Notes under the pieces: model-generated | What the model saw: only the letters and a program-made list of their open reading frames with translations | Told to the model about the DNA's origin: nothing | The model's database searches: none | Shown: piece after piece, positions 1-12,305 of the stretch | Position numbering within the stretch: position 1 is the stretch's first letter | Layout: every line of letters starts with the position of its first letter | Made by a program: the position numbers and the translations under genes | Assembly: GCF_001194135.2 (NCBI RefSeq) | Contig: NC_068992.1 | Span: 44,421,151-44,485,150, forward strand | DNA from: Octopus bimaculoides | Lineage: Eukaryota | DNA: 64,000 nt | Direction of reading: 5' to 3'

Positions 1-56
<56 letters not shown>

Positions 57-175
57 CATACATACATACATACATACATACATACGTACATATATATGTA
101 TATACATACATGTGTGTGGGTATGTGTGTGTTTGTGTGTGTTTGCGTGTGTGTGTGTGTATGTATGTTTGTGACG
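1..175. repeat. Compound microsatellite (TA)n-(TACA)n-(TG)n
   Basis: Directly visible. Confidence 0.97.
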
Positions 176-249
176 TGTCCTTTTATCGTTAAACTAGCGG
201 TTCGACCAATGGGAAACAATATAATAACTACGTATTTGAAATAATTTGA

Positions 250-690
250 GGCATTGATATGATTAACTTGAAGGCTGGTGTTGCTGCAGTTTACTAACCA
301 GATTATCCTAAACTTGAAACCCTGTTGGAATCTGTGAAAAGCTTTGTCTGCTGGTAACTTCCACAACCACACACTGAATTGATACAAAGTTATTCAGATA
401 TTATTAGCATGCGCCAGCCTCAAGGGCAGTATGAATTCTGAGAGATCTAATCTTACAACACACGTCATTGAAAGATATTTAGGCAACATTAGCAGCGATG
501 TTGGCATCGTTTTGGCTTTTCTGTTTTCGTAGAAGGGCGAGGTTAATGTTGAATTGAAGGGTAGCACAAATGACCTTCGCACATTCCTCAGCAGAGACTT
601 CCTTAGCAGTGAGTTGGTTGGCGGTGGCTGGTGTGGAAGACAGCAACATCTGTACAGCAAGCTGTACAGTTAGTGCAGTACCATACATTG
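250..690 (-). other. Unidentified coding-like fragment (possible terminal exon or decayed retroelement/pseudogene)
   Basis: Minus frame 688-479 reads ...QMLLSSTPATANQLTAKEVSAEECAKVICATLQFNINLALLRKQKSQNDANIAANVA* with GCT/GCC/AAC/ATC-rich codons. A CACTAAC...TACAG branch/acceptor-like motif precedes position 649. No family recognised. Confidence 0.3.
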
Positions 691-998
691 ATACAATGTA
701 TGCAGCATAGCTCCATGTTATATTTTTTCTTCTTCACCATGGAATGTGCTGTGATATAAACAGGGTTTCATACCGAGTATTTTCTAATGCTGGCACTGGG
801 CCATACAGTGTTGATGGGTAGAGGTAAAGTCAACACTTTACCTCAATACACACCTGGTATTTATTGCGGCCACCACGTAATACAATCTATGTATATCTAC
901 TTGTATTTAGCAATATTTTTCCATCTATGTCTACCACTCTTTCAAATATGTGTGAGTGTGTGGGTGTATGTATTCATTTGTTTATTTATATAAATATG

Positions 999-1046
999 TA
1001 TGTATGTATTTATGTACGTATGTATGTATGTATGTATGTATGTATG

Positions 1047-1096
<50 letters not shown>

Positions 1097-1210
1097 ACGA
1101 ACTACCTAATTTATCTATCTATTTACCTGTCTGTCTGTCTGTCTGTCTGTATGCATGTATATATGTATTTATGTATATATGTGTGTATGTATGAATGTGT
1201 GTGTATGTAT
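999..1210. repeat. Compound microsatellite (TATG)n-(TATC)n-(TGTC)n
   Basis: Directly visible. Confidence 0.95.
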
Positions 1211-3557
1211 AAAACTATTAGTCATTAGTAAAAATTTGAGTGTCAAGGTCATGAATTCCATTTGGTGCAACTATAATATTTTGGTAACAAATATCAGGAA
1301 TACTACAGGAGAGGGAACCATTTCCAGTATAATAGAAATTACGTTTTGTATTTAGTCCAATTTTCAATATGTTGGTCCTTTGCAGAATCTTGAACATCCA
1401 TCACAGTTAGTTGTTTTGTTGACGAAACTAGAAATACCAAAGACTTCAGTCGGTGGAGTGTGTTGTAGTTAATATATCTGACCACCTACAATAAATCTGT
1501 TTCTCTTAGTTGTCAATTAAGATGTAAATAGATGACATGAAATGGAGAGAGGACCAACTGGGTAGGTCTGGGTAGTACACAATTACAAGTGTAGAGCAAT
1601 GGACAACATTGTTGCTATAGAAAGGACAGAGAGGTCACAATCAATATGAGCCTGCGCTTGTAAGATAGACTCATAGGAGTCTTCATCAACTGTCTGGGTG
1701 ACCTTTTATGTTTAAGGTATGATCTTTGTGTATCTCATAAAAGCACTGTTCTTGGGAAATAAGCCTGCTTGATCAAAGCTGGCCTGCAGATTAAACAAGA
1801 GCATCAACAATTACCACAGTGACAACTATATGATACACAGAATCAAATATACGGATAAACGTCACTGGGGATAATAATCAATAATCCAGTTAAAGACTAT
1901 ATTTCAACCATTTCACGGATTGATCATTTCAATATTGTATCCTTAGTTTTGTGAAGATAGACACGCATTTACTTAAAAACAAAGTATAAACCATTTTGAA
2001 AGAAGATAACGAAATAATAATTAGACAGTATAATTTGATTTGTTTTGATTTAAATATTTTCACTATATTTTGTTTGCATATAAGATACTTTTAAAACATC
2101 GAATTGGGATTCCCATTTAGTCAGACCTATGTTTGTGTTGTTAACTACTTTACTTAGACAAAATGTCATTTATTAATAGGTCCTTGTGCGTTACAGAAAA
2201 AAGAAATTGATGTATTTTACTTAATAAGTATAAAAAGAAGTTATTAAATTTCTTAACATAATTTAAATGTATTTCTTAAATTCCTTTTGGCTGTTAGAAA
2301 AAAAATGTATAAGAAAAGGGAAGCCAATGTTTTTAGGTTTGAAAATGTTACAACATAATTTGTGTTGCTAAAAACGGCGACTGTTGGAAGTTGGACGGTG
2401 CAATGATGCATACTAACTGATCTACGTCACTGCTACAGATTTAGCCGAGGCCAAACGAAAGAATGTAGTGAGCAATAAGAAACAATCTACTCTTGATTGT
2501 TACATAAGACTGCAGTTTTACATGCAACGCTTCTCACTAATTCACCTCTTGATTCACTTTCTACTTAGCAGCCATCTTTAATAATTTCAAACCCGATATT
2601 TATTATCGTTTGGCTCTGTTGCCTTCGCTGTTGTCTAATTCTGTCTAACCTTACTCTATCTGACCTGTCTGACTACGCTGACCTTTTACATGTTTTGCTG
2701 GCTTCCGGTATGCGGAGTTCTTGACTGGTAGCACCTGCATGTGCAAGTTGTTTGCAAGACACACTTTACTGACACTTGATCTTTTTCTATCTTTGATCTC
2801 TCTGGAATGTTTTAATAAATATTGATTTCGACTTTCCATAGATTTAGCGGCAGTTGTCTAAATTTATTGTGCAGTCGGCTACCTGTCAAAACGAAGCAGT
2901 GGAATTTAAGGAAATTGGTGAAAGTCTTAATATTGGCATGGCATTGTGTTCCTGACAAAGTAATGACAGCCTCAGTCACTCAATCCGATTATTGCAGTCA
3001 GTCCTGGAATGACAAATAGGCGTCAAGAAGAGGTACATTCCATTGCTATATCTAGCAGAGCTAAATGTGTAAGTATAACTCCGTAGTGCATCTAGGACTA
3101 TATTATCCAATGTGTTTTCTTCATGTTTAAAAGCAGTGATGAATAATTTCAGAGATTTGGCTGTTATTTCGAGCTAATTGAAGTACTAGCGATAGCTCAG
3201 TTGGGGGAGTCGAGGGCTTTAGTAAATTAATCAAGTACCAATGACATAAAGTAAACATTTTCTCAATTCTAATAAGGTTTACTTCTGATCTCTATGGTGT
3301 TAACAACGAGAGAATTAACGTGACCCTGAAGAAACAAAAACAAAAAAAAAAAAAACGCAGCTCCAATGCAGGTAGTGTTTCTTAGCAACGAAACAAAACT
3401 CGGTATCGCAAGCACACGAAGATTGACCAAATTCCATGGTGTCGACACAGGAATCGCATGTACCATGTTGTACCTATTTATAGTTAGGTAGACTGGGCCA
3501 TTAGAAAGACTGGATTATTGCTTGGCAACACACTTTAATTAGTGCCACTGACAGGAT

Positions 3558-3773
3558 ATAGACCTACGACATCGGTTGGTCGTCTGTTGCCCAACTGAAC
3601 TCTAGTCGGTTGGTACCCCATTGACCTCTTACTCTTCGGGCATCCTGTTTCTGCACTGACCTCTGGGTGATTGTTACTCCACGGACCTTATACACCTTTG
3701 GTTGCTCATTATCCTACTGATCTCTGGTCAACTGTTTCTTCATTGATCCTATACAACTTTGCTATAAAGCATT
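3558..3773. repeat. Degenerate 61 bp tandem repeat, ~3.5 copies, each made of 26 bp and 35 bp related subunits
   Basis: ACTGA(A/C/T)CTCT at 3594, 3655 and 3716; CA(T/C)(T/G)GA(C/T)C at 3619, 3680 and 3741; constant 61 bp spacing. Confidence 0.75.
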
Positions 3774-4794
3774 GCTGATTACGACTCAGTAACAAGAAGA
3801 TATTTATATACTGGGTGTCTCATAATGATGGGTACATATTTTGCTTATATATTATGCACTTGCCTTAATAAATGTGTTTGCTACTTGTGTTTAAAATGTG
3901 GCCCATCATTGTCAGACATCCTGTATTTCTGATGTGTTAAATATCACTTAGTGATGAGATGTTGAACATAAGTAGAGATTACTGTAGAAAGAAGTGACCA
4001 ATACACAAACGGAATTTGAGTATGCACTTAAAGAAATTTGAGAATATAGTAAACGGAAGTAGAGAGTAAACAGGAGTTGAAAATGGTGTCAATGGAAGAG
4101 AAGAATGGCATGAACCGAAGTAATGATTAGAATACATGTAAGTGAAAATACAGAGAACAGAAAGGAATTTACGGTAAATGCAAGGGGATAATTCGATAAA
4201 CAGAAGCGGATAATGATTGAAACGGAATTGGAATATATAAGCAAAAGTGAAGAGGCAGTAAACGGAAGTAGATTTACGGTGAATGGACCTGGCTAATACT
4301 GTGAAATGGAATGGAGAATGGTGGAAACATTGCAAACTTTTATGTGAAAAGTAAGCTGGTTCGTCAAAGAGTTGGCAACCCAGTCACAGATTCTTATATC
4401 AATCAAGTGGAGTGTCTAGTTTAAAGGGTAATTACTTTATTGACGTCATTACATAGTTATAACAGGCGGTGTGTAAGCAATATCACAGAAGAAGACAGGT
4501 GTGTAGATCTAATACAAGCAGAGGTGCGTTCTTTGTAAATATCATTTACACGATAAAAGTTAGGTTGTAAAAATAAATACTGCACTAAAATGACATTCAA
4601 ATATTAGATTGTAGCAAAATAATTTACATGTTTAAATCATTGGATTCTAAGTGCAGGTATAAGGTCCAAAGAGGTTTCAAGGGTGTGTATGGTTAGCTAT
4701 AGTTTATTGAAGGAGTGAATGAGAAGAGATAAACAATGATTTTCCTTGATTAAGTTGTCGGTCTATCACAGGTAACGTGATCTTTTGACTGAAG

Positions 4795-4841
4795 TTAGAT
4801 AAAGCGAGGTAATAAAGTATACATTACCTCGCTTTATCTAA
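4795..4841. repeat. Perfect 19 bp inverted repeat with 9 nt spacer
   Basis: TTAGATAAAGCGAGGTAAT-aaagtatac-ATTACCTCGCTTTATCTAA. Confidence 0.95.
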
Positions 4842-5312
4842 GGTTAGAAATTTGACGAAAATAAACCTACATGAGCCTTAGTCTGAAGTTGTCACGTAAG
4901 ACCAGATCTGAGGTTGCAGTTCCAGATCTAACTTATTGTTTTTTTAAAATTTTATCTCTAACCAATGTGATGTATAGAGCTGCTTTACAAATGGCTTAGT
5001 CATATATTCATGTAACTAAGTCATATATTCATTTACAAATGGCTAAGTCATATGTTCATGTAACTTGACATGACAACAGGAATCAATTTAGAACTATAAA
5101 ACAAGCCTTACAACAGTGGACACATTCAGGTGAATCCTGAGCCTTGGTCATATCATTTATCTATATTTCTAAACGCATTGTTCTCTAAATGCATACAACG
5201 CGTGACTCATGTTACTGTAGACACATAAACTAGGGGTACACCTTGGTTTTAGTAGGAACCGAGCACTCTTAGCCGGTGTATACAAACAAATCTTAGCCGG
5301 TGTTTATATATA

Positions 5313-5712
5313 TTCTTTCTTTCTTTACTTGTTTCAATCATTTGACTGCGGCCATGCTGGAGCACCGCCTTTAGTCGAGCAGATGAACCCCAGGACTTAT
5401 TCCTTGTAAACCTAGTACTTATCCTATCGGTATCTTTTGCCTAATCGCTAAGTTACCGAGATGTAAACATACCAGCATCGGTTGTCACACACCCACACAC
5501 GCACATACATACATACGTACATACATACATACATACGTACGTACGTACATACATACATACATACATACATGCATACATATACGACGGGCTACTTTCAGTC
5601 TACCAAATCCACTCACAAGGCTTTGGTCGGTCCGAAGCTATAGTAGAAGACACTTGCACGGGACCATCTGGTTGGTAAGCAAGCTACTTACCACACAGCC
5701 AATCATGCGCCT
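5313..5712 (-). mobile_element. tRNA-derived SINE, family A, near full length with internal microsatellite
   Basis: Minus strand reads AGGCGC...GGCTGTGTGGTAAGTAGCTTGCTTACCAACCA (tRNA-like head), CAAGTGTCTTCTACTATAGC...GACCAAAGCCTTGTGAGTGGATTTGGTAGAC core, and a tail ...GGCGGTGCTCCAGCATGGCCGCAGTCAAATGA shared with the copy at 59643-59938. Confidence 0.9.
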
Positions 5713-5713
5713 T

Positions 5714-5744
<31 letters not shown>

Positions 5745-7363
5745 ATATGAACTTATAACCAGTCACCTAAAGATCATATGTACATGATCCCGTAGGCCGC
5801 TGGATATTCACATAAATTATTTATATTCCTTTAATAGAAAATCAATTATTTTATAATGGTAATCCTTATTTAATTGTAATTATTTTATCAAAACGCTTTT
5901 AACGAAATCCTTTTTCGACTGAGTTTAATTTTGCTCAGAAAGACACCAGCAGAATGAAGGTTTCTACATTGTTGCAAGCATCTAGTGAATACTGACAGAC
6001 TGTGTGTCGAAAAAATATACACCAGCGACATCTACATAAAGAAAGCGTGCATAAGAACTTGTATAGGATAGTTTAATCTTCTTGAAATAGCAGCCAGTCT
6101 CCCTCAGATCACTATCTAGCATCTTAAAAAAGGAAGAACGTATAAATCATTGTAGACATAGATATATTCTGTTGGTCTGTTCAATTAGGGCTTGTGTAAG
6201 ACACCAACAATAATATAAAGATCCATAATAAAGACCAAACGGCCTTACACGTCAGATTATAGTAATGGTGGTAGTAGTGGGGAAAAACGGCTGAAACGAA
6301 TACATTTGTTTCGAGAATTATTGGAGAAATGTTTGCAGTGAGACAACGTCTAGAAAAGATTGATCAGGTTTTGGTTAGGAGTCTAGTTGTTTTTAAAAGG
6401 TTAACAAATTGGAATAATTGTATCAATCATATTAAACTTCATTTACCATTGAAATTGTAGACTGTAGAAACTTTCATTTCGTTGGTTTCTTTCTGATCCA
6501 AATTAAACTCAGTTCAGAAATGATTTCGGTAACAGCGTTTTCATCAAATATTTATAATTAAGTAATAATTACCACAAAATAATAAATTTTCTGTTTAAGG
6601 AATATAAAAGATTTACGTGAAAATAGTTCATCCAAGATAACATTATATATGTAAGGACGACCGTGCGAACTCAAAAAGAAGAAATGGTGACGAATGGAAA
6701 AACAGAGGACTCCTTTTATTTAAACGCGTCACACGGTCGAACACAAAATTATATATCAAAGATGATATACATAAATATGTTATACTACGATAACATAGAT
6801 GACCAGTAATGAAAGACCACAACCGTATAAGATGAATAACAGAAGTATTTATTATGGCGTAAAAATGTATGTGTATGTAAGAGTGTGAATGCGACATATA
6901 AGAACATAATCAAAGACAGGCCGTCGTACAAAGAAAAGTATGTATGTGAGTGATACATGTATGTGTATGTGAGATATTACAGCAGATAGAAAGAGTCAGT
7001 AACCGTGAGCATNNNNNNNNNNNNNNNNNNNNNNNNNNNNNNNNNNNNNNNNNNNNNNNNNNNNNNNNNNNNNNNNNNNNNNNNNNNNNNNNNNNNNNNN
7101 NNNNNNNNNNNNNNNNNNNNNNNNNNNNNNNNNNNNNNNNNNNNNNNNNNNNNNNNNNNNNNNNNNNNNNNNNNNNNNNNNNNNNNNNNNNNNNNNNNNN
7201 NNNNNNNNNNNNNNNNNNNNNNNNNNNNNNNNNNNNNNNNNNNNNNNNNNNNNNNNNNNNNNNNNNNNNNNNNNNNNNNNNNNNNNNNNNNNNNNNNNNN
7301 NNNNNNNNNNNNNNNNNNNNNNNNNNNNNNNNNNNNNNNNNNNNNNNNNNNNNNNNNNNNNNN

Positions 7364-7500
7364 ATGGTGCTGGTTAGTAGTCGTAGACTCATGTTGCTGA
7401 TGTGGCGGCGTAGTTGGTGGTCATCGTTGGACGAAGCTGTTGATGTGTCGCTGGCTGCCGCTGCTGCTGCTGTCGTGTGGTACACGGAACAGATCTCAAA
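7364..7500 (-). other. Candidate first exon: 5' leader with ATG at 7392 (MSLRLLTST...) running into the gap 7013-7363
   Basis: GC-rich CAG/GCC leader, good start context (AAC ATG A), directly downstream of the promoter-like island. An 11-codon uORF ends at the overlapping ATGA. The rest is hidden by N. Confidence 0.3.
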
Positions 7501-7790
7501 GAGAAACTGAACCGAGACCAATTTGGCCGCCGAGTTAAAGCTATTTATAACAAACTATCGGCTCCCGAAGGCTTCAGAAAAATACTCTATCACGTGACCT
7601 TATTAAGGGCTGTCATTGGTCAGTTTGCGTTCTGGCGGGAACGGTTCGAAGAAGTTGCCGCTTCGAATATTAATCAGTTACGTGATGACAAGGAGATGGG
7701 CTCTCCGCTACGCTCGCTCTTGTTTATATTTAAATGAGAAGAATGGCGATAATAGTTTTGTATCTAATGGCGATAGGTAGTTTCACTACA
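7500..7790. promoter_or_regulatory. CpG-rich promoter-like island with CCAAT boxes, E-box/CLEAR-like motif and YY1-like motifs
   Basis: CCAAT 7518-7522; ATTGG 7615-7619; TCACGTGAC 7590-7598; AATGGCG at ~7742 and ~7766; locally high CpG density. Confidence 0.55.
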
Positions 7791-7861
7791 TATATAATTT
7801 CATATGAAAATATACACACACACGTTCATGCAAGCAAATATAGAAAGACAGGCGGGCAGGC

Positions 7862-7911
<50 letters not shown>

Positions 7912-8689
7912 GGCAAGAGAGAAACAGCTTGAATAAATCACAAATTTGCAAGAAATGTTAACTCAGCTTAATTGGTGAAGCTTTAGATACAGGGAAGAAA
8001 AACTTGCAGATAATTCTAATTTAGTACAGATGTTTCGGTTCGTTAATTAGGGAAGTAGTCCCAAAATATAAGCCACTTTGATCCAATTTCCTCGGTGCGA
8101 CCATGTCTCTCTCCTGTGTTAAGCTACACGTATTATGATACACAACAATTAACTGGAAATACAACAACCACAAAAGAGCAACACAGCAGGCCTCAGTGCA
8201 TTCGCGAAAATTGCAAATAATAAATATTAATGGTGACTACAGATATATATATGTGTGTGTATGTGTTTGATTGTGTGTGCGCGCGCGGTGTGATTACAAG
8301 CTAGTGTGAAGCTAGTGTGAGTGTGTGATGGCTGGGGTATGTGAACGTGTGCCTGTGTGCATACATATGTATGTATGTGTATGCGTGTATGTGTCTAGGT
8401 ATACATGCGCAATAGATAAAGTACACTTGAGACAAACGTATCATTATTTTTGTCATAAATGTCCGAGTGGAAGAAACGAAAGGAATTTGACTTGGGCGAA
8501 ATGAGTTTTTGTGAAATAATCTACATCTTCCTCTTAGCCGCAACCGCGATGCACTTCCATACGTACCCTGCTCAGTTTTATGTTTGTGTGTTTCTGTCAA
8601 TGACAAAAATTTAGTTGAGTTGTCTTCGTCCTTTATAAAGGAACTGAAGCCTTCAAAATACTGCATCTGATATGGTCTACTCTTCAACA

Positions 8690-9175
8690 CAATAGCACCG
8701 GCGAACAAAGACTACCTTGCGTTGTGCAACAATAGTAGAGACAAGTGGAACGTGCCAGTATGTTTCTCCATATGAGGAAGACTAAGTATACGACCATTAA
8801 GGGGATGAAAGCTACCTGCCCATTTGCTACTTCGATGGCCCACCACTCAAAGAGGTTATTGACTCCAAGCACTTTGGTTCTCTATGTTGCTGGCAGTAAG
8901 AACGACATCCTGACACACAAGGGTAAATCTAGAGTACGTATAACAAGTTTCACAACATAATCTGGCATTCAAGTATTCTACAGTCAGCAAATTGGTCTTC
9001 TTCGAGCGTGTGTAGAAAGTATTCTTCTCTACGGTGCTAATATCTGGTCTATAGAAAAAAAATCTTAAAATTCACACTGGTGGTATATAGAACAGGCTTC
9101 ACGCGAAGGTGGATAACATCTTTTGGTACGAACACAAAGCAGAAGAGGAAATCTATGGGTACATAGTAGCCATCT
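8690..9175 (+). mobile_element. Decayed RTE-like LINE reverse transcriptase fragment
   Basis: Frameshifted pieces DYLALCNNS, GPPLKEVIDSK..GS, YVAGSKNDILTHKGK and IGLLRACVESILLYGANIWSI match RT domains 5-7 and the downstream RTE-type motif. Confidence 0.75.
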
Positions 9176-10139
9176 GTTGTTAATAAAGTATTGATATAGA
9201 GATAAGTCACGTGTCCCTTATTTGCTTGCTGATTTCTCTCTCTCCTCCTCCCCTCTCTCTTTCTCGCTTTCTTCCTCCCCCCTCTCTCTGTCACACAGTA
9301 GGAATGCGTGATGGTAAAATTTATGACTGTGCTGAAAGAGGTGGATTAAATTGATAAATAGATTGGCGTGAAATTAGGGAGAATAAGTGGGGAAGGATTT
9401 GGAAAAGATAACCAGGAAGTGAGACGGTTAGTCAGACGAATGGACAGTGAGATATAGAGGTGAGTGGAATAAGGAGCGAAGGAAGAAAAGATAGCACGAG
9501 TAAGAAAGGAGAGGTGGCAAGATGAAAGATAGAGCTTTACAGTAGAAACGGAGAAAATTAGAAAAGTGACGGGACAAAATAACACAGGACTGTGGTCTCT
9601 GCTCATGTCATTCCTGTAGGTATTGACATACAAAGGGTTAAAGAGGAACATTAATGGCACCAGTTTCGCTGGTCTAAGGAGTGCGTGCGAAAGCGATGGG
9701 CACTGCAAACCCTACAAGTAAAAATAAAATTTGTGAACACAAGCATTTGTTCTCGCCCATGTAAAAGGCTTTGAGAATTTAGGTTTCATTTTCAAATTGC
9801 AATTTCAGTTTCTAAGTTTCCTTTCATGTTTATAGATTCAAGGAAGTTTTTCAAGTTGAAATCTATATTTTAACACAGAATTGCTAGCAACAATCTGATT
9901 ATATAACACAACACTTGTACATATGATGAAACAGGGAGAAAATTCTCTGAATGTGTAACCTTGATGAATACACACTGTTTAAAACTTATAGAATGGATAC
10001 CCGTATATATTGGGTTGTTCAAAGGTCGGAGTCTGGCAGTAATTTCCATTGAACTTAATCCTTTTCGGCAATTGTTTGGTCAAGTGGGAGCCGGGCAGAC
10101 GAGTTCAGATTATATTAAGAAAGAAAGACAAGATGTCTA

Positions 10140-10186
<47 letters not shown>

Positions 10187-10592
10187 TCAAAAAGGTCCTT
10201 GCGGTGGAGTGACAGAGATGGTAGAGAGTTACAGCTTAGAGCTGACTCACACCGGAATGTTTCCTTACGGTTACTTAGGCAGAGATAATACTTGATTCGC
10301 TGGTTAGTTTCATCACTCTACCTTCTCTGCTACACAACCATTTTGTCTCTTTCTCTGCTTTCCATAACACGGTCACAAACTCTTTGTCCACTCTTCTCTC
10401 AGTGTCACAACTATTTTCTTCATCTTATTACCGTGACAACTACTTTTTGTGCTTCACCTCTATATAAGCTAAATTTACTCTATTCCTACCTAATTACAAT
10501 AATCATATAAATGGAATTTATATATCGGTTACAACATTAGTAAACCATTTTTAGAATTATTGTTAAGAATGTAGCAACACGCACGCACACAC

Positions 10593-10649
<57 letters not shown>

Positions 10650-10654
<5 letters not shown>

Positions 10655-10806
10655 GACGGGCTTCTTCCAGTTTCCGTCTACTAAATCCACTCACAAGGCC
10701 TTGCTCGACCCGAGGCTATAGTAGAAGACACTTGCCCAAGGTGCCATGCAGCGGGACTGAACTCGCAACTATGTAGTCGGGAAGCAAGTTTCTTAGCACA
10801 CAGCCT
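10650..10806 (-). mobile_element. SINE family A, head and core fragment
   Basis: ACGACGGGCTTCTTCCAGTTTCCGTCTACTAAATCCACTCACAAGG...AGAAGACACTTGCCCAAGGTGCC, homologous to the other copies in the window. Confidence 0.9.
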
Positions 10807-11158
10807 ATATATATATATAACGTTTTGTTTATTTGAAATATTTGTGTTACATGACCTTTGACCAAGTTCGAGAACAGAAGAGTTGATCTAGGTCAGTTGA
10901 CAGAAAAACAACANNNNNNNNNNNNNNNNNNNNNNNNNNNNNNNNNNNNNNNNNNNNNNNNNNNNNNNNNNNNNNNNNNNNNNNNNNNNNNNNNNNNNNN
11001 NNNNNNNNNNNNNNNNNNNNNNNNNNNNNNNNNNNNNNNNNNNNNNNNNNNNNNNNNNNNNNNNNNNNNNNNNNNNNNNNNNNNNNNNNNNNNNNNNNNN
11101 NNNNNNNNNNNNNNNNNNNNNNNNNNNNNNNNNNNNNNNNNNNNNNNNNNNNNNNNNN

Positions 11159-11220
<62 letters not shown>

Positions 11221-11855
11221 TCATACTTAAGGTATGACTTGAGAAAGTTACATAACACTCTACACATATTATCTAGTGCAGAACTCACTACTTGTGACAG
11301 AGTATATTAGCACGTATATGCGTATATATCTGTGCCAGTGCGTGAACGCCCGTGTTATTTGCATGAAAAGCTAACAGTTTACTTTTCCGACTATGGGATT
11401 GATAATTGTTTAGAATCTGTTCATCTAACAAACGTGGATCGCCCAAATGCAAACGAAACTGAGTAGACTATCAGCATTTAAGATTATAAACATATCTACC
11501 CATCTCTATCAGCGTATTGAAATCTACATCAGGTAATATTTGCATGATGTGAAATATATTTAATATAATACTGTACACCTCTTACATTACGTCCCCGCTA
11601 CCACAGTTATTTACAACTTGGGTATACACCTGGTAGTACGCCGATTAAAGCACTTTCACTTTCCGTGGCGATAAATACAGAATCTCATGAATTCTATATT
11701 CCGTTTCTCTCCTTTGTTATATATATATATATACACACACACAAGTATATACAATTGCGACGCGGAAGGTTTTTATAAGACATTTAAAAACACACAAAAA
11801 CCGTTAGATTCACTTCAACGATCTCGAATCAGGTCACCTGCATACGATCTCAGAA

Positions 11856-11927
11856 CAAGTCTCTTGCTATGCAAGTACATCTCTTGCTATGCAAGTACAT
11901 CTCTTGCTATGCAAGTACATCTCTTGC
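11856..11927. repeat. Perfect 20 bp tandem repeat x3.5
   Basis: CTCTTGCTATGCAAGTACAT at 11861, 11881 and 11901; each unit contains the small palindrome CTTGC-tat-GCAAG. Confidence 0.97.
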
Positions 11928-11938
11928 ATATATATATA

Positions 11939-11990
11939 CAGTAATTCCTCGCCATAACGCGGTTTACTTATCGCGGTTTATTTTTTAAGC
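11939..11990 (+). mobile_element. Tc1/mariner (Tigger/pogo-like) terminal inverted repeat, single end
   Basis: TA followed by CAGTAATTCCTCGCCATAACGCGGTT, typical of Tigger-like termini; no partner TIR seen. Confidence 0.5.
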
Positions 11991-12046
11991 TTACGTCAAT
12001 TCCTCTGTGGTGCTATTTTGCATTTATAATAAAATAAGTATATACA

Positions 12047-12112
<66 letters not shown>

Positions 12113-12305
12113 CGCCCGGATGCAGTACCAAGCAGTGGCTCTCATAGCTTCTTATCTTGACTGATTGGAAGTGTTATCATGTACATTGTCTTGGTATAAA
12201 AGATGGGCTATAGCAAATATACTGCTTAATACCACAGATTTGCTTGTCAGATATTTGACCTTAACCAGTTGAGCATGTCCCTTGGTGACTGACGATATGT
12301 GCATC
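12047..12305 (-). mobile_element. 3' end of an unclassified retroposon ending in a (TTA)n tail
   Basis: About 20 TAA units (12047-12108) abut GGATGCAGTACCAAGCAGTGGCTCTCATAGC...GAGCATGTCCCTTGGTGACTGACGATATGTGC, a sequence I recognise as a common octopus interspersed repeat (from memory). Confidence 0.5.

Noticed and set aside
1530-1760. Mariner N-terminal relic (DNIVAIE..KDREVTI)
   Set aside because: Similarity too short and degenerate to support without a search.
3186-3230. tRNA gene (TAGCTCAGTTGG A-box-like)
   Set aside because: No B box or cloverleaf follows.
3979-4430. Purine-rich stretch with internal partial duplications; 118 aa minus ORF
   Set aside because: Probably an old retroelement relic, but no diagnostic motif; the ORF is antisense to an AG-rich strand.
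4441-4448. Fourth perfect CRE (TGACGTCA)
   Set aside because: Isolated, with no CpG island or candidate exon nearby; one chance occurrence is expected in a window this size.
6513-6547. Second hammerhead core on the minus strand (TTGATGA...GAAATC)
   Set aside because: C3 is missing, stem II is only 3 bp, and no stem I or III is evident.
11856-11927. CRISPR-like array
   Set aside because: Units are contiguous with no unique spacers; eukaryotic context; no cas genes.
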